Positions 24,905-35,133 of a stretch of 64,000 nucleotides of DNA are shown piece after piece. Numbering within the stretch: position 1 is the first letter of the stretch; each line of letters starts with the position of its first letter. Location: positions 1 to 64,000 of the forward strand of contig CAWDOQ010000010.1 in assembly GCA_963804085.1 (NCBI GenBank). Direction: 5' to 3'. Source of the DNA: Chlamydiia bacterium. Its GTDB lineage: Bacteria; Chlamydiota; Chlamydiia; Chlamydiales; Rhabdochlamydiaceae. A program made the position numbers and the translations under genes. The notes under the pieces are model-generated. The model searched no databases and was not told where the DNA came from. It saw only the letters and a program-made list of their open reading frames with translations.

Positions 24905-25699
24905 ATGCGAAAAGATTTTAGCGATTATATCATCTTTGCTGATGAAAGCGGCGATCACGGGATCACTTCCATCAATCCCGAAAATCCTATCTTTGTGCTC
25001 GTATTTTGCATTTTTAGAAAGTCTGATTATGTTTCGATTGTCAAACCGGCTGTCGCAAAGTTAAAAATCGATTTCTGGGGACACGATCTTGTTGTATTGC
25101 ATAACCACGAAATTCGCAAATCAACCGGCGAATTCGTTTTCCTCTTTGATGAAGAAACACGCAGCGTCTTTTTCCATGTTCTTACCGAAATGCTCAGAAG
25201 TATTCCATTTTCTATTGCCGCTACCGCTGTCGACAAACGCTATCTTAGTAATAATCCGAACTCAAGCAATCCCTACACGCTAGCTCTTGGGTCTTGCCTA
25301 GAGCAAACCCTTAATTTTTTGGAAAACAAACAGGAGTCAGAGCGACTTACTCATATTATCGTTGAAAGTCGAGGTAAGCCCGAAGATCGAGATCTTGGAT
25401 TAGCATTTGATCAAATTGCAGCTTCTACGTTACCGAAGCGTTACCCTTTAGGCCTCCGATTTGCTAACAAACAAACCAATAGCAGCGGTCTTCAAATTGC
25501 TGACCTGGTAGCTCACCCCATTGCAAGGCACATTCTAAAAAGAAATCAGCCTAATAAGGCTTTTGATACCGTAAAAGAAAAGTTGTTAGGATTTCCAGAG
25601 CATGAAGGGAGTGGCCTAAAATGCTATCCCCCAGAAAGCGAAAAGCCTCGGCAGACACCGAGGCAAGACGCCGATCGGGAACTCCCGATCCATTTCTAA
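24905..25699 (+). CDS. DUF3800-family (RNase H-like fold) protein
   Basis: IIFADESGDH, VVLHNHEIRK, IVESRG..ED, GLQIADLVAHPI motifs. Confidence 0.85.
   Translation: MRKDFSDYIIFADESGDHGITSINPENPIFVLVFCIFRKSDYVSIVKPAVAKLKIDFWGHDLVVLHNHEIRKSTGEFVFLFDEETRSVFFHVLTEMLRSIPFSIAATAVDKRYLSNNPNSSNPYTLALGSCLEQTLNFLENKQESERLTHIIVESRGKPEDRDLGLAFDQIAASTLPKRYPLGLRFANKQTNSSGLQIADLVAHPIARHILKRNQPNKAFDTVKEKLLGFPEHEGSGLKCYPPESEKPRQTPRQDADRELPIHF
25634..25696 (+). ncRNA. Candidate DUF3800-associated structured RNA
   Basis: Hairpins GCCTCGG-CAGACA-CCGAGGC (25645-25664) and GATCGGG..CCCGATC (25673-25690) at the gene 3' end. Confidence 0.5.
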
Positions 25700-25829
25700 G
25701 TTGGATTTTATTAAACTGCATATAAAAGATCAAGTAGCTAGCACCTTCTCTGTAAATCCTCTCCTGTAAGAGACTTAGTTCCATTGAGCGTGCTGTGGTC
25801 ACTCGCCCATTTCTCTCTGCGAAGCAGCT

Positions 25830-26540
25830 CTATTTCTTTTTTGATAGAGAGGGGATGGCCTTGTTAATTCCGGTCTTTGTATCATCGAAAAATGCAGGGC
25901 CGACAAGTACTGTCACCTTTTTGACAGTAAGCCGAGAGCTTGCCTGTTGTTTATAGAGATACGCCTGTGTTTGATAAGCATCAACTGCCCCACTAACGAC
26001 ATTACCCCCTACTTCCCCTGTCGGAGAATCATAACCTGCGTCTTTCAGGTCGCTGGCATGGGTATAGCTTGAGACCCCAAGTCTCAATGCCTCTCTCATT
26101 CCTACCATACCCACTAATCTCATTATCTCAGGTTTGAAATTGTTTCGATTTCCAAGGCCTATTATCAATAATTTTTCAGCAGGAATGGTACCAGTCGGTG
26201 GCGTTATCAGAAGGGTTTCAAGCAATTTCCCTCCAAACTTATTGGTTTTACGCAGGTCAGTAATTAATCCATCCAGCGCTTCATCAACATGAAGCAAACC
26301 GTTGAGATCTTTTGGCAAAGCTGGGGGTGAAGTCGTAATGTCTCCTTCTTTATATTCAAACGCACATATGATTTGTAACGGGGTCGCCTGAGAGGCCGGA
26401 CTCTGCACCAAAATTTCGATGTCAACGCCCCCTACCTTACCTAAATCTTCTTTTGTCCCTAGAGCGGCGTTAGCAGCAATCCCTTTTATAGGAATCCATA
26501 GTGTAATCCCAATTATGATGAAGCATTTAATGAAGTGCAT
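25830..26540 (-). CDS. Peptidase M17 N-terminal-domain-like secreted protein
   Basis: LDGLITDLRK..FGGKLLETLLITPP.GTIPAEKLLIIGLG; signal peptide; no catalytic domain. Confidence 0.65.
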   Translation of the reverse strand: MHFIKCFIIIGITLWIPIKGIAANAALGTKEDLGKVGGVDIEILVQSPASQATPLQIICAFEYKEGDITTSPPALPKDLNGLLHVDEALDGLITDLRKTNKFGGKLLETLLITPPTGTIPAEKLLIIGLGNRNNFKPEIMRLVGMVGMREALRLGVSSYTHASDLKDAGYDSPTGEVGGNVVSGAVDAYQTQAYLYKQQASSRLTVKKVTVLVGPAFFDDTKTGINKAIPSLSKKK

Positions 26541-26658
26541 TCTACCTCTCTTAAATAATCCCAGACATACCACGGTATTATTATGTCCGCAATAGAGTAA
26601 ATTTTGACATGTTCAGACTACTATGTTACATCTTGGTAATACAAAATAGGCTTGAAAG

Positions 26659-28485
26659 ATGGCAGAGAAAGAAAGCTTACTCCTATTCAATGGTAAAATC
26701 ACAACGCTTCATCCAAAACAGCCCGAAGTATCTGCGCTATTAATTTCCAACGGCCTTGTCGCTGCCATTGGCAGCGATGAGGAAATCAAAGCCTTTTCAG
26801 ACAAAAATACAACCGAAATCGACTTAAGAAAAAAACGAGTTATTCCAGGCCTTAATGATTCCCACATCCACGTCATTAGAGGTGGACTCAGCTACAACAT
26901 GGAACTTAGATGGGATGGAGTACCCTCCTTAGCCTATGCCTTAGAGATGCTGAAGGAGCAAGTTAGACGCACCCCACCTCCACAATGGGTAAGAGTCATC
27001 GGCGGTTGGTCAGAATTTCAATTCGCCGAAAAAAGAATGCCGACACTACAAGAGATCAATGCAATAGCAGGAGATACTCCTGTGTTCATTTTACATCTCT
27101 ACGATCGCGCACTGCTTAATGCCGCAGCTTTGCGTGCTGTAGGTTATGATAAAAACAGTCCGGATCCAGTTGGTGGACGCATCGAAAGAGATAAAAATGG
27201 AAATCCGACAGGGATTCTCATTGCAGAGCCAAATGCCTCGATTTTGTACTCAGCACTAGCGAAAGGTCCTAAATTATTTCCCGAAGATCAAATGAACTCC
27301 ACTCGACATTTTATGAGGGAACTCAATCGGTTCGGCCTGACAAGCTGCATCGATGCTGGCGGGGGATTCCAAAACTATCCGGAAGATTATCAAATCATCG
27401 AAAAATTGCATAAAAATGATCAGCTCACAGTGCGCATTGCCTATAATTTGTTTACTCAAAGGCCAGGTAATGAACTCGAAGACTTTCAGAGATGGTCAAA
27501 AATGGTTACCCCTTATTCTGGAAACAGCATGTACCGTAATAATGGGGCTGGAGAGATGCTCGTTTTTTCAGCAGCCGACTTTGAGGATTTTCTGTATGAA
27601 CGTCCAGATATGCCCGAAAAAATAGAAGGCGATCTAAAAAAAGCGATCCGGTTTTTAGTAGAAAACCGTTGGCCCTTTCGCTTGCATGCTACCTATGATG
27701 AAACAATAAATCGCGCGCTAAATGTATTCGAAGAAGTTAATCAAGAGATCCCATTTAAGGATCTTTGTTGGTTCTTTGATCATGCGGAAACCATTTCAAA
27801 TGCTAATCTCGAACGTATCCAAGCCCTTAATGGAGGCATTGCAGTACAGCACAGAATGGCTTATCAAGGGGAATATTTTATCAACCGATACGGCAAGCAG
27901 ATGGCCAAAAGGAGTCCTCCTATCCGCAAAATGTTAGAACTCGGGTTACCGGTCGGGGCAGGCACAGATGCGACTCGAGTTGCAAGCTATAATCCTTGGG
28001 TCTCCTTATATTGGATGGTGAGCGGAAAAACTGTTGGAGGGACAAAACTCTTTGGACCTGAAAACACACTTGAAAGATTAGAAGCGCTTCGTCTTTATAC
28101 CTTAGGAAGCGCTAAGCTATCTCGCGAAGATAATGTCAAAGGAAGTCTTGCAAAAGGAATGTATGCTGATTTAGCTGTCCTCTCAGACGACTACTTCACT
28201 GTACCCGAAGAATCAATCCGAGACATCACCTCGCTTCTCACTATCCTTGGAGGTAAAGTCGTTTATGGGGCAAAAGAGTTCAAGGGATTAGATTCTCAAA
28301 AGGCTTTGCCGGTAAGCCCTGATTGGTCTCCTGTTAAAAAATACAACGGATACTTTCCTCACGCTAATAGTCACGATTGCTGTCATCACAAAAAATCCTC
28401 TCTAGACGCTCTTCTAGGGGTTGATAAAAAGGAAGAAGTTCCCCTAAATCCATGGTCGTTTGGATGTGATTGTTTTGCATGGTAG
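26659..28485 (+). CDS. Metal-dependent amidohydrolase (amidohydrolase 3 / YtcJ-like)
   Basis: PGLNDSHIH, FRLHATY, FDHAET, GAGTDATRV. Confidence 0.88.
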   Translation: MAEKESLLLFNGKITTLHPKQPEVSALLISNGLVAAIGSDEEIKAFSDKNTTEIDLRKKRVIPGLNDSHIHVIRGGLSYNMELRWDGVPSLAYALEMLKEQVRRTPPPQWVRVIGGWSEFQFAEKRMPTLQEINAIAGDTPVFILHLYDRALLNAAALRAVGYDKNSPDPVGGRIERDKNGNPTGILIAEPNASILYSALAKGPKLFPEDQMNSTRHFMRELNRFGLTSCIDAGGGFQNYPEDYQIIEKLHKNDQLTVRIAYNLFTQRPGNELEDFQRWSKMVTPYSGNSMYRNNGAGEMLVFSAADFEDFLYERPDMPEKIEGDLKKAIRFLVENRWPFRLHATYDETINRALNVFEEVNQEIPFKDLCWFFDHAETISNANLERIQALNGGIAVQHRMAYQGEYFINRYGKQMAKRSPPIRKMLELGLPVGAGTDATRVASYNPWVSLYWMVSGKTVGGTKLFGPENTLERLEALRLYTLGSAKLSREDNVKGSLAKGMYADLAVLSDDYFTVPEESIRDITSLLTILGGKVVYGAKEFKGLDSQKALPVSPDWSPVKKYNGYFPHANSHDCCHHKKSSLDALLGVDKKEEVPLNPWSFGCDCFAW

Positions 28486-29864
28486 TACTCGTACTGGCCA
28501 TAACAGCCCTTTGTGCGACTAAAATAGCCAATGCTGAAGCGACTCCAAAACGTCCACCAATATTGCCTAATCGATGGGAAGAAGACTGGTCGGTCTTAGC
28601 TAATCCGGAAGTGCCGCGAGAATGGCTTGATTGTCTGAAATATATTCCTCTATCAGCAAAAAACCCAAAAACATATCTTTCACTCGGGGCTAATTTTCGA
28701 AGTCGTTATGAGTATATTAATGCGATTAATTTTGGAGTTCCGCCTGATCAGGATCCGCAATCCTATGTCATTATGCGAATGGAAGCTCATGCTGAGCTGC
28801 GCATTGCAAATCATGTTCATCTATTTGTTCAACTGCAAAATGACATAGCACCTGGAAAAACGATTGTCTTCCCTGTTGATAAAGACAAGCTAGACTTAGA
28901 ACAAGCGTTTATTCTTGTTATTCAACCCCTTGCTTCGGGGGTATTTAGATTTCGAGGTGGGCGACAACAAATGAACTTCGATTTGCAACGCTTTGTCTCA
29001 AATCGCGATGGACCTAACGTTCGCCTATCTTTCGATGCGCTTTGGGCGGATTATACGATAAACGATTGGAAATTTATTTCTTTTTATAGCCAACCTGTAG
29101 TCACGCGGAACAAACATTGTTTCGATGATTACAGCAACGACAACTTTACTTTTAGCATAGTTCGAGCCGAGAAAAAATTTGCGGATTTTCTTAGCATTTC
29201 CTCTTATCTAGGACATTTTAAACAAAATAAGGCCTCTTATGCCACTGTTTCGGGAAATGAAAGGAGGAACCTTCTTGATATCCGTTTTGTCGGAAACGGA
29301 GCTTGTTATGATTGGGATCTAGAAGCAATGGGACAAATAGGCCACATTGCAAATAAGAATATTCGAGCTTGGGCCTTAGGTTCAATGATGGGATATACAT
29401 TTAAAACCACTTGGTTGCAACCTCGCATAGGATTGCAATTTGATATGGCTACCGGTAATCAAAACAAAAACAGCCATTCTTTTCGTACTTTTAATCCCCT
29501 TTTCCCAAACGGTTTCTTTTTCAACCTAGCTAATTACACGGCTTATGCGAATTTAATTCATATTAAACCGTCTCTTAAAATCACTCCAAGACCTTCTTGG
29601 AGTGCCATGTTTGCGGTTGCTGCGCAATTGCGTGAAACAACCGCGGATGCTGTTTATGTTGAGCCACACTCACCCATTCCAAATACCGCTGGAATGCGAG
29701 GTCACTATACAGGAACTTATTATCAAACTGATGCCAATTGGCAAATAACGCCGAACTATGCCAGTGTTCTTCAGGTAGTCTATTTTAACGTTGCAAAAGC
29801 AATTCGCAGAGCCGGGGGACATAACTCGGTTTATGTTGGCATAGAATTAAAAATCGGTTGGTAA
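28479..29864 (+). CDS. Alginate-export-family outer-membrane beta-barrel
   Basis: RWEEDWS.L, LKYIPL, GRQQM.FDLQRFVSNRDGPNVR, TFNPLFP; terminal W. Confidence 0.78.
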   Translation: MVVLVLAITALCATKIANAEATPKRPPILPNRWEEDWSVLANPEVPREWLDCLKYIPLSAKNPKTYLSLGANFRSRYEYINAINFGVPPDQDPQSYVIMRMEAHAELRIANHVHLFVQLQNDIAPGKTIVFPVDKDKLDLEQAFILVIQPLASGVFRFRGGRQQMNFDLQRFVSNRDGPNVRLSFDALWADYTINDWKFISFYSQPVVTRNKHCFDDYSNDNFTFSIVRAEKKFADFLSISSYLGHFKQNKASYATVSGNERRNLLDIRFVGNGACYDWDLEAMGQIGHIANKNIRAWALGSMMGYTFKTTWLQPRIGLQFDMATGNQNKNSHSFRTFNPLFPNGFFFNLANYTAYANLIHIKPSLKITPRPSWSAMFAVAAQLRETTADAVYVEPHSPIPNTAGMRGHYTGTYYQTDANWQITPNYASVLQVVYFNVAKAIRRAGGHNSVYVGIELKIGW

Positions 29865-29912
29865 AAAACAGTACAAACAATACGATGCGGTAAAGAATTG
29901 AACAGGGGTTTT

Positions 29913-30611
29913 ATGGCTATCTTCAAATCTGACGGCAAAAACGAGATTCATGATGGAATCTCCCATGCACCAGGCGGAGGCAAGGCTTTGCTTGACCCCA
30001 CGGATGTAGTCATCTTATTACTGGATCACCAGGCAGGCTTGTTTCAAACGGTAAAAGATATCAGCGTAGATCAATTGCGAGCTAATGCGACTATGCTTGC
30101 AAAACTCGCGACTCTCATGAAATTGCCGGTCATAACCACTGCCTCGGAGCCCAACGGACCCAATGGTCCGCTCATGCCAGAAATTCATGCGGCAGCACCT
30201 CATGCAATTTTTGTTCCGCGTAAGGGAGAAGTCAATGCATGGGATAATGAACTTTTCGTCCAGACAGTACGCAAAACCGGTAAAAAGACCTTGATTATGG
30301 CCGGCGTCTGGACAAGCGTTTGCGTCATGTTTCCGGCGCTTGATGCCAAAGCAGCAGGCTTCAAAGTGTATGCCGTTATCGATGCATCCGGCGACCCGAG
30401 CGAAATGGTATCCCGAGTGACGCCGATCCGTTTTGCACAAGCCGGGATTATCCCCACCACGACCAATGCGGTCCTATGCGAAGTGCATCGCACTTGGAAC
30501 CAACCCCAAGCCGCTGATATAGCTAAATTGTATACCATGGTGGCACCAAACTATGCTGCGCTGATCGAGAGTTATCAGAAAGCACAAGAAGTTGTGCGGT
30601 CAAAGTCGTAG
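29913..30611 (+). CDS. Isochorismatase-family cysteine hydrolase (YcaC-like)
   Basis: LLLDHQAGL, GPNGPLMPE, GEVNAWD, AGVWTSVC. Confidence 0.88.
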   Translation: MAIFKSDGKNEIHDGISHAPGGGKALLDPTDVVILLLDHQAGLFQTVKDISVDQLRANATMLAKLATLMKLPVITTASEPNGPNGPLMPEIHAAAPHAIFVPRKGEVNAWDNELFVQTVRKTGKKTLIMAGVWTSVCVMFPALDAKAAGFKVYAVIDASGDPSEMVSRVTPIRFAQAGIIPTTTNAVLCEVHRTWNQPQAADIAKLYTMVAPNYAALIESYQKAQEVVRSKS

Positions 30612-30686
30612 GATTATACTTCCCTTTTGAAAGTTCAAGTGCTATAGAACCATTATTGTGGTCTCAAACTAACAATTAGAGGACGT

Positions 30687-31106
30687 ATGAAGAAGAAAAA
30701 CTTAAGTCGTTTGGCAACATTAGGGTTAATGGGTGGACTGGCAGCAGTCTCTATCCCATCTGTTGCAGAAGAATCAAAAGCTGAAATTATACAAACATCT
30801 AGATGCTCTGAGCCTTCCACAAGCAAAAAAGATGAGCTTTTTAAATCTTTAAATAAAAAAAGCCAGGCAATGTACAACGCCATGGATTGCGGAAGCAAAA
30901 ACATGGCTATGATGTTAGCCATGGCAGGTCCTAGTGAAAAAAACATGTGCGCAGGACTAAATTCTTGCTCAGGCAAAGATCATAAGTGTGCTGGAATGGG
31001 TTCTTGCAAAGGCACCGGTTCTGGTTACTTCAAAGACAAAAATGAAGCGATACAAGTTACGCAGCGCCATATGTCGATGAAACGCAGCGATATGATGAAT
31101 AAATAA
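30687..31106 (+). CDS. Secreted Cys-rich MNIO RiPP precursor (bufferin BufA2-like)
   Basis: Signal peptide; repeated KNMCAGLNSCSG / DHKCAGMGSCKGTG; directly upstream of DUF692. Confidence 0.72.
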   Translation: MKKKNLSRLATLGLMGGLAAVSIPSVAEESKAEIIQTSRCSEPSTSKKDELFKSLNKKSQAMYNAMDCGSKNMAMMLAMAGPSEKNMCAGLNSCSGKDHKCAGMGSCKGTGSGYFKDKNEAIQVTQRHMSMKRSDMMNK

Positions 31107-31121
31107 TTGCTGGTACAGTTT

Positions 31122-31169
31122 AAACTGTCCTGTTACTTTCTCAAAAAACAGGACAGTTTTTCTTTTTTT
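31122..31169 (+). terminator. Hairpin plus T-tract between precursor and maturase
   Basis: AAACTGTCCTGTT / AACAGGACAGTTT followed by a T-rich run. Confidence 0.65.
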
Positions 31170-31171
31170 CT

Positions 31172-32005
31172 ATGAGACATTCTAATATTCCAAACCTAGG
31201 TATCGGCGTCGGATTGCGAACAGATCATTACCAGGAGATTTTCACGACCTGGCCGGATATCGATTGGTTCGAGATCATCAGCGAAAACTTCATGGTTGAG
31301 GGAGGAGCGCCTCTTGCAATCTTAGACAAGATTTTAGAAAGATATACTGTCGTGCAGCATGGCGTATCTCTTGCTATCGGCAGTCCCGATCCTCTCGACT
31401 ATGAATATCTGAAAAAGCTAAAAGCGTTAGCAAGAAAAACAAAAACGCCTTGGATCTCAGATCATCTCTGTTGGGGAAGGCTCGCTAATGCCCACTACCA
31501 CGATCTACTCCCCTTGCCCTACACAAAAGAGGTGATCGATTACATAAGCGAGCGCGCACGCATCGTCCAAGACTACTTAGAGGTCCCTTTTGCTTTAGAA
31601 AATCTCTCTTCTTATGTCGCATACAAAGCAGATCAGATGCCCGAATGGGAGTTTTATGCAGCGATCGTAGAACGTGCAGATATATCTATGATGCTAGACG
31701 TCAACAATATCTACGTCTCGAGTCGCAACCATGGGTTTCAACCCAAAGACTATTACAGCAACCTACCTCTAGAAAGAGTCATCCAAATTCATCTAGCAGG
31801 CCATAGTGATTATGGGACCCACTTGTTGGACACTCACGATAATTTTGTCTGTGATGCGGTATGGGAGATCTACGCGGAAGTTTATCCCCAAACAAGAGGC
31901 GTGTCGACGCTTCTGGAGTGGGATGAGCATTTTATCAGTTTTGAGCAGACTTGGAAGGAAGCACTTAAAGCCAAGCAGTTCCAAAAAAACCTGGCGGTAA
32001 CGTAA
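31172..32005 (+). CDS. DUF692-family multinuclear non-heme iron oxidase (MNIO)
   Basis: GVGLR..HY, WFEIISENF, HGVSLAIG, SDHLCW, DLLPLPY, LENLSSY, LDVNNIYV, IHLAGH, DTH, LLEWD. Confidence 0.93.
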   Translation: MRHSNIPNLGIGVGLRTDHYQEIFTTWPDIDWFEIISENFMVEGGAPLAILDKILERYTVVQHGVSLAIGSPDPLDYEYLKKLKALARKTKTPWISDHLCWGRLANAHYHDLLPLPYTKEVIDYISERARIVQDYLEVPFALENLSSYVAYKADQMPEWEFYAAIVERADISMMLDVNNIYVSSRNHGFQPKDYYSNLPLERVIQIHLAGHSDYGTHLLDTHDNFVCDAVWEIYAEVYPQTRGVSTLLEWDEHFISFEQTWKEALKAKQFQKNLAVT

Positions 32006-32880
32006 TGTACGATGCTGCTGTTCCACCAGATTTATTAAAGCTACAACAATGGTTTGCAGATTTTATCGTTTTTCCATTGGAAAAGCCTGACAATCCGAGT
32101 GCGCTATCAAAAGACAAAAAATTACGGAAAAAGGCTCACGGCTACATCACTCCCAATCAAGCACTCAATTCGGAACAAAGAATAGAAATCTATCAGCAGC
32201 AATACTGGTGGCGGCTGCTAAGTATTTTGCAAAAGACATATCCCGCTGTTACAAGGCTCTTTGGTCATGCTGTTTTTAACCAAACCATCGCGGCCCCCTA
32301 TCTATTAAAGCACCCCTCTAAAACCTGGGATTTAAACTCTCTCGGTAAAGAGCTGCCCCGCTGGCTATCGGGCAACTACCGAGAGAGTGATAAAGCCTTA
32401 ATTGTATCTATGGCCGAGATCGATTTGGCCTTCGAAGAGAGTTTTGTTGCAGCAACTGTACCATCGCTTGAAGAGAGTGTCGCGCCCGTTGATATTTCTA
32501 AATTGCTGGCGCAAAAGATCAGCTTTCAGCCCCACGTGAAGACTTTTAAGCTCCCTTTTCATCTTTTCAACTTGCGCCAAGCGCTACTCAAAGAGAGCAT
32601 AGAATATTGGGAGTCTCACCCTCTTCCAAAGCTTGATCAGGAAAGAACCTACTATTTTATCCTCTATAGAAACGAGCACAATAAAATCGTTTGGGAAGAG
32701 ATAGAACAAGGAGCCTCTGTATTAATCAACTTCATAGAAGAAGGACTATCTCTAGAGCAGGCGTGCGTCAAGATAGAAAAGCTCGGCGGAGTTGTTGAAA
32801 AAGAGGCAGAAAGACACCTAGCTCTTTGGCTTCAACATTGGGTAAAAGAGAGATTATTAACAAAGTGGGAGAACCGATGA
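32005..32880 (+). CDS. DUF2063-family MNIO partner protein
   Basis: LQQWFA..I, RIEIYQQQYWWRL..L...YP, YLLKHPS..WDLNSLG; coupled to DUF692. Confidence 0.82.
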   Translation: MYDAAVPPDLLKLQQWFADFIVFPLEKPDNPSALSKDKKLRKKAHGYITPNQALNSEQRIEIYQQQYWWRLLSILQKTYPAVTRLFGHAVFNQTIAAPYLLKHPSKTWDLNSLGKELPRWLSGNYRESDKALIVSMAEIDLAFEESFVAATVPSLEESVAPVDISKLLAQKISFQPHVKTFKLPFHLFNLRQALLKESIEYWESHPLPKLDQERTYYFILYRNEHNKIVWEEIEQGASVLINFIEEGLSLEQACVKIEKLGGVVEKEAERHLALWLQHWVKERLLTKWENR

Positions 32881-33377
32881 GTAAAAACAAATTGGCAACG
32901 CCAAGTGACTTGAGCGACAAGGGTCGTCAAAAAATAGCAGAGAGCATCAACCCATTGGCAGCTGATGCTTTTGCGCTATATGTAAAAACTAAAAATTTCC
33001 ACTGGCACTTGTCGGGCAGCCACTTCCGAGACTACCATCTTTTATTCGATGAGCAGGCAGAGCAGATCTTTGCGATGATCGATGTCTTAGCAGAACGTGT
33101 GCGCAAACTGGGAAAAACAACGATACTTTCTATTGGCCACATCAGCCGTTTGAAAACCGTTAAAGATGAGGATGATGCTTTTTTAGAACCTGAAAAAATG
33201 CTCCAACGCCTCTTGAAGGACAATCAGGATTTTACTGCACACATGCGCCTGGCTCACAAAGTCTGCGAAGAGGCCAACGATCTGGCAACCACCAGCATCC
33301 TAGAGGTCTTTATTGACGAAACAGAAAGAAGAACCTGGTTTTTATTTCAAACACTCGCAGGACACTCAAAGAGATAA
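32877..33377 (+). CDS. dps: DNA-protecting ferritin Dps
   Basis: LYVKTKNFHWH.SG.HFRDYHLLFDEQ, DVLAERVR, ETERRTWFL. Confidence 0.93.
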   Translation: MSKNKLATPSDLSDKGRQKIAESINPLAADAFALYVKTKNFHWHLSGSHFRDYHLLFDEQAEQIFAMIDVLAERVRKLGKTTILSIGHISRLKTVKDEDDAFLEPEKMLQRLLKDNQDFTAHMRLAHKVCEEANDLATTSILEVFIDETERRTWFLFQTLAGHSKR

Positions 33378-33386
33378 AAGGGAAAT

Positions 33387-35120
33387 ATGAGCAAGAATGT
33401 AGCAGATGTTCTCTGGAAAATGCTAGAAGATGCGGGCGTTAAGCGCTGCTATGGGATCGTAGGCGATGCTTTAAATCCTGTCATCGACGCGCTGCACCGA
33501 AACGGCAAGATCGAATTTATCCATGTTCGTCATGAAGAGTATGGCGCTTTTGCAGCTATTGCCGATGCCTATTTAACTAACCAGCTTGTGGCTGTTTGTG
33601 GAACGGCAGGACCTGGTGTCGCACATCTCATCAATGGCTTGTTGGACGCACGCAAAGAGGGCGCTCCTGTTATTGCCATCTGTGGGGATGTCGAGACTAG
33701 CCTTATAGACACAAGTGCCCTTGAAGAACTGAATCCCTACAAATTTTTTGATGTGGCTTCCCTTTACACGGGTCGCGTGGTCTGCCCTGAACAAACCAGG
33801 TCTATTGTACAGACTGCTATCCGCACATCTATTCTAGAGAAGGGACCTACTGTCGTATCGCTTCCGGGAAATATTGCTGCTGCTGCAGCTCCCTCTGGAT
33901 CATATGAGATAAAGCTGCCCAAAAATCCGATAGTAATACCTTCCAATGAAGACATGGATCTAGTAGCTAAAGTAATCAATGATGCAAAAACAGTGGCTAT
34001 TTTTGGCGGTGAAGGCTGCCGTGAGAGCCATGAACAAGTCATCGCAATAGCAGAAAAGCTAAAAGCTCCGGTCGGATACTCATTCCGAGGTAAGCAGTGG
34101 CTTGAGCACGATAATCCCTACGCCGTTGGCATGACGGGGCTTCTAGGTTATGGCGGTGCATATGATGCGATCAACGAGGCCGAAGTTTTACTCCTCTTAG
34201 GTACAGATTTTCCTTTTTCAGAATTTTTACCCAAAGAGAACGTTAAAAAAATTCAAATCGATAAGAACCCTAAACATATCGGAAGGCGTACTAACGTCGA
34301 TATTGGCCTTGTTGGAGATGTCCAAGCAACTCTTTCTCATTTGATTGAGAAAATTCAGCGTAAAGAAAGCACTCAGTTTCTTGACAACCATCTTCGCGAA
34401 ACCGAAACGTTTAACAAACGCATTGGGCATTATGTCACCAAAGGGCCTCAAATAAAACCCATACGCCCCGAGTTTTTAATCGCAACACTCAATGAACTTG
34501 CTGCAGATGATGCTATGTTCTTTGCAGATACTGGAACCGCCTGTATTTGGACTGCTAGGTACATAAAAGGCAGCAAAAATCGTCGGATTTTTGGCTCCTT
34601 TTCCTGGGCCTCGATGGCCAATGCAGCGCCCAATGCATTTGGTGCCCAAATGGCTTTTCCCGGAAGGCAAACCATTGCGATATGCGGCGACGGGGGCTTT
34701 ACAATGCTAGGTCTTGGCGACCTGCTGACTCAAGTACAACGCAAGCTGCCTGTTGTGCACATCATCCTCAATAATAGTTCTTTAGAATTTGTTCATATTG
34801 AGATGCAGGAGTATGGGATAGACCCCTATGGTGTGGATTTCCAGACGCCAAATTTTGCAAAAGTTGCAGAAGCGATGGGTGCCACGGGGATCCGTCTTGA
34901 AAATCCAGCCGATGTTAAGTCGGGTTTGGAAAAAGCCCTAGCTAATAAACAAGGGCCGGTAGTAGTGGATGCAGTAGTTGATCCGCGTGCTCTTGCCATC
35001 CCCTCGCATATTCCTCTGCATACCGCCGAGGGATTCACACTGAGTTTTATGAAGCAAACCCTACACGGAAAGATGGATGATGTCATTGAAACCATCAAAG
35101 ACAATGTTAGGTTGCTTTGA
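33387..35120 (+). CDS. ThDP-dependent pyruvate oxidase/dehydrogenase (PoxB-like)
   Basis: YGIVGDALN, HVRHEE, GDGGF..LNN ThDP motif. Confidence 0.88.
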   Translation: MSKNVADVLWKMLEDAGVKRCYGIVGDALNPVIDALHRNGKIEFIHVRHEEYGAFAAIADAYLTNQLVAVCGTAGPGVAHLINGLLDARKEGAPVIAICGDVETSLIDTSALEELNPYKFFDVASLYTGRVVCPEQTRSIVQTAIRTSILEKGPTVVSLPGNIAAAAAPSGSYEIKLPKNPIVIPSNEDMDLVAKVINDAKTVAIFGGEGCRESHEQVIAIAEKLKAPVGYSFRGKQWLEHDNPYAVGMTGLLGYGGAYDAINEAEVLLLLGTDFPFSEFLPKENVKKIQIDKNPKHIGRRTNVDIGLVGDVQATLSHLIEKIQRKESTQFLDNHLRETETFNKRIGHYVTKGPQIKPIRPEFLIATLNELAADDAMFFADTGTACIWTARYIKGSKNRRIFGSFSWASMANAAPNAFGAQMAFPGRQTIAICGDGGFTMLGLGDLLTQVQRKLPVVHIILNNSSLEFVHIEMQEYGIDPYGVDFQTPNFAKVAEAMGATGIRLENPADVKSGLEKALANKQGPVVVDAVVDPRALAIPSHIPLHTAEGFTLSFMKQTLHGKMDDVIETIKDNVRLL

Positions 35121-35133
35121 AAAGGAGAAAAAG

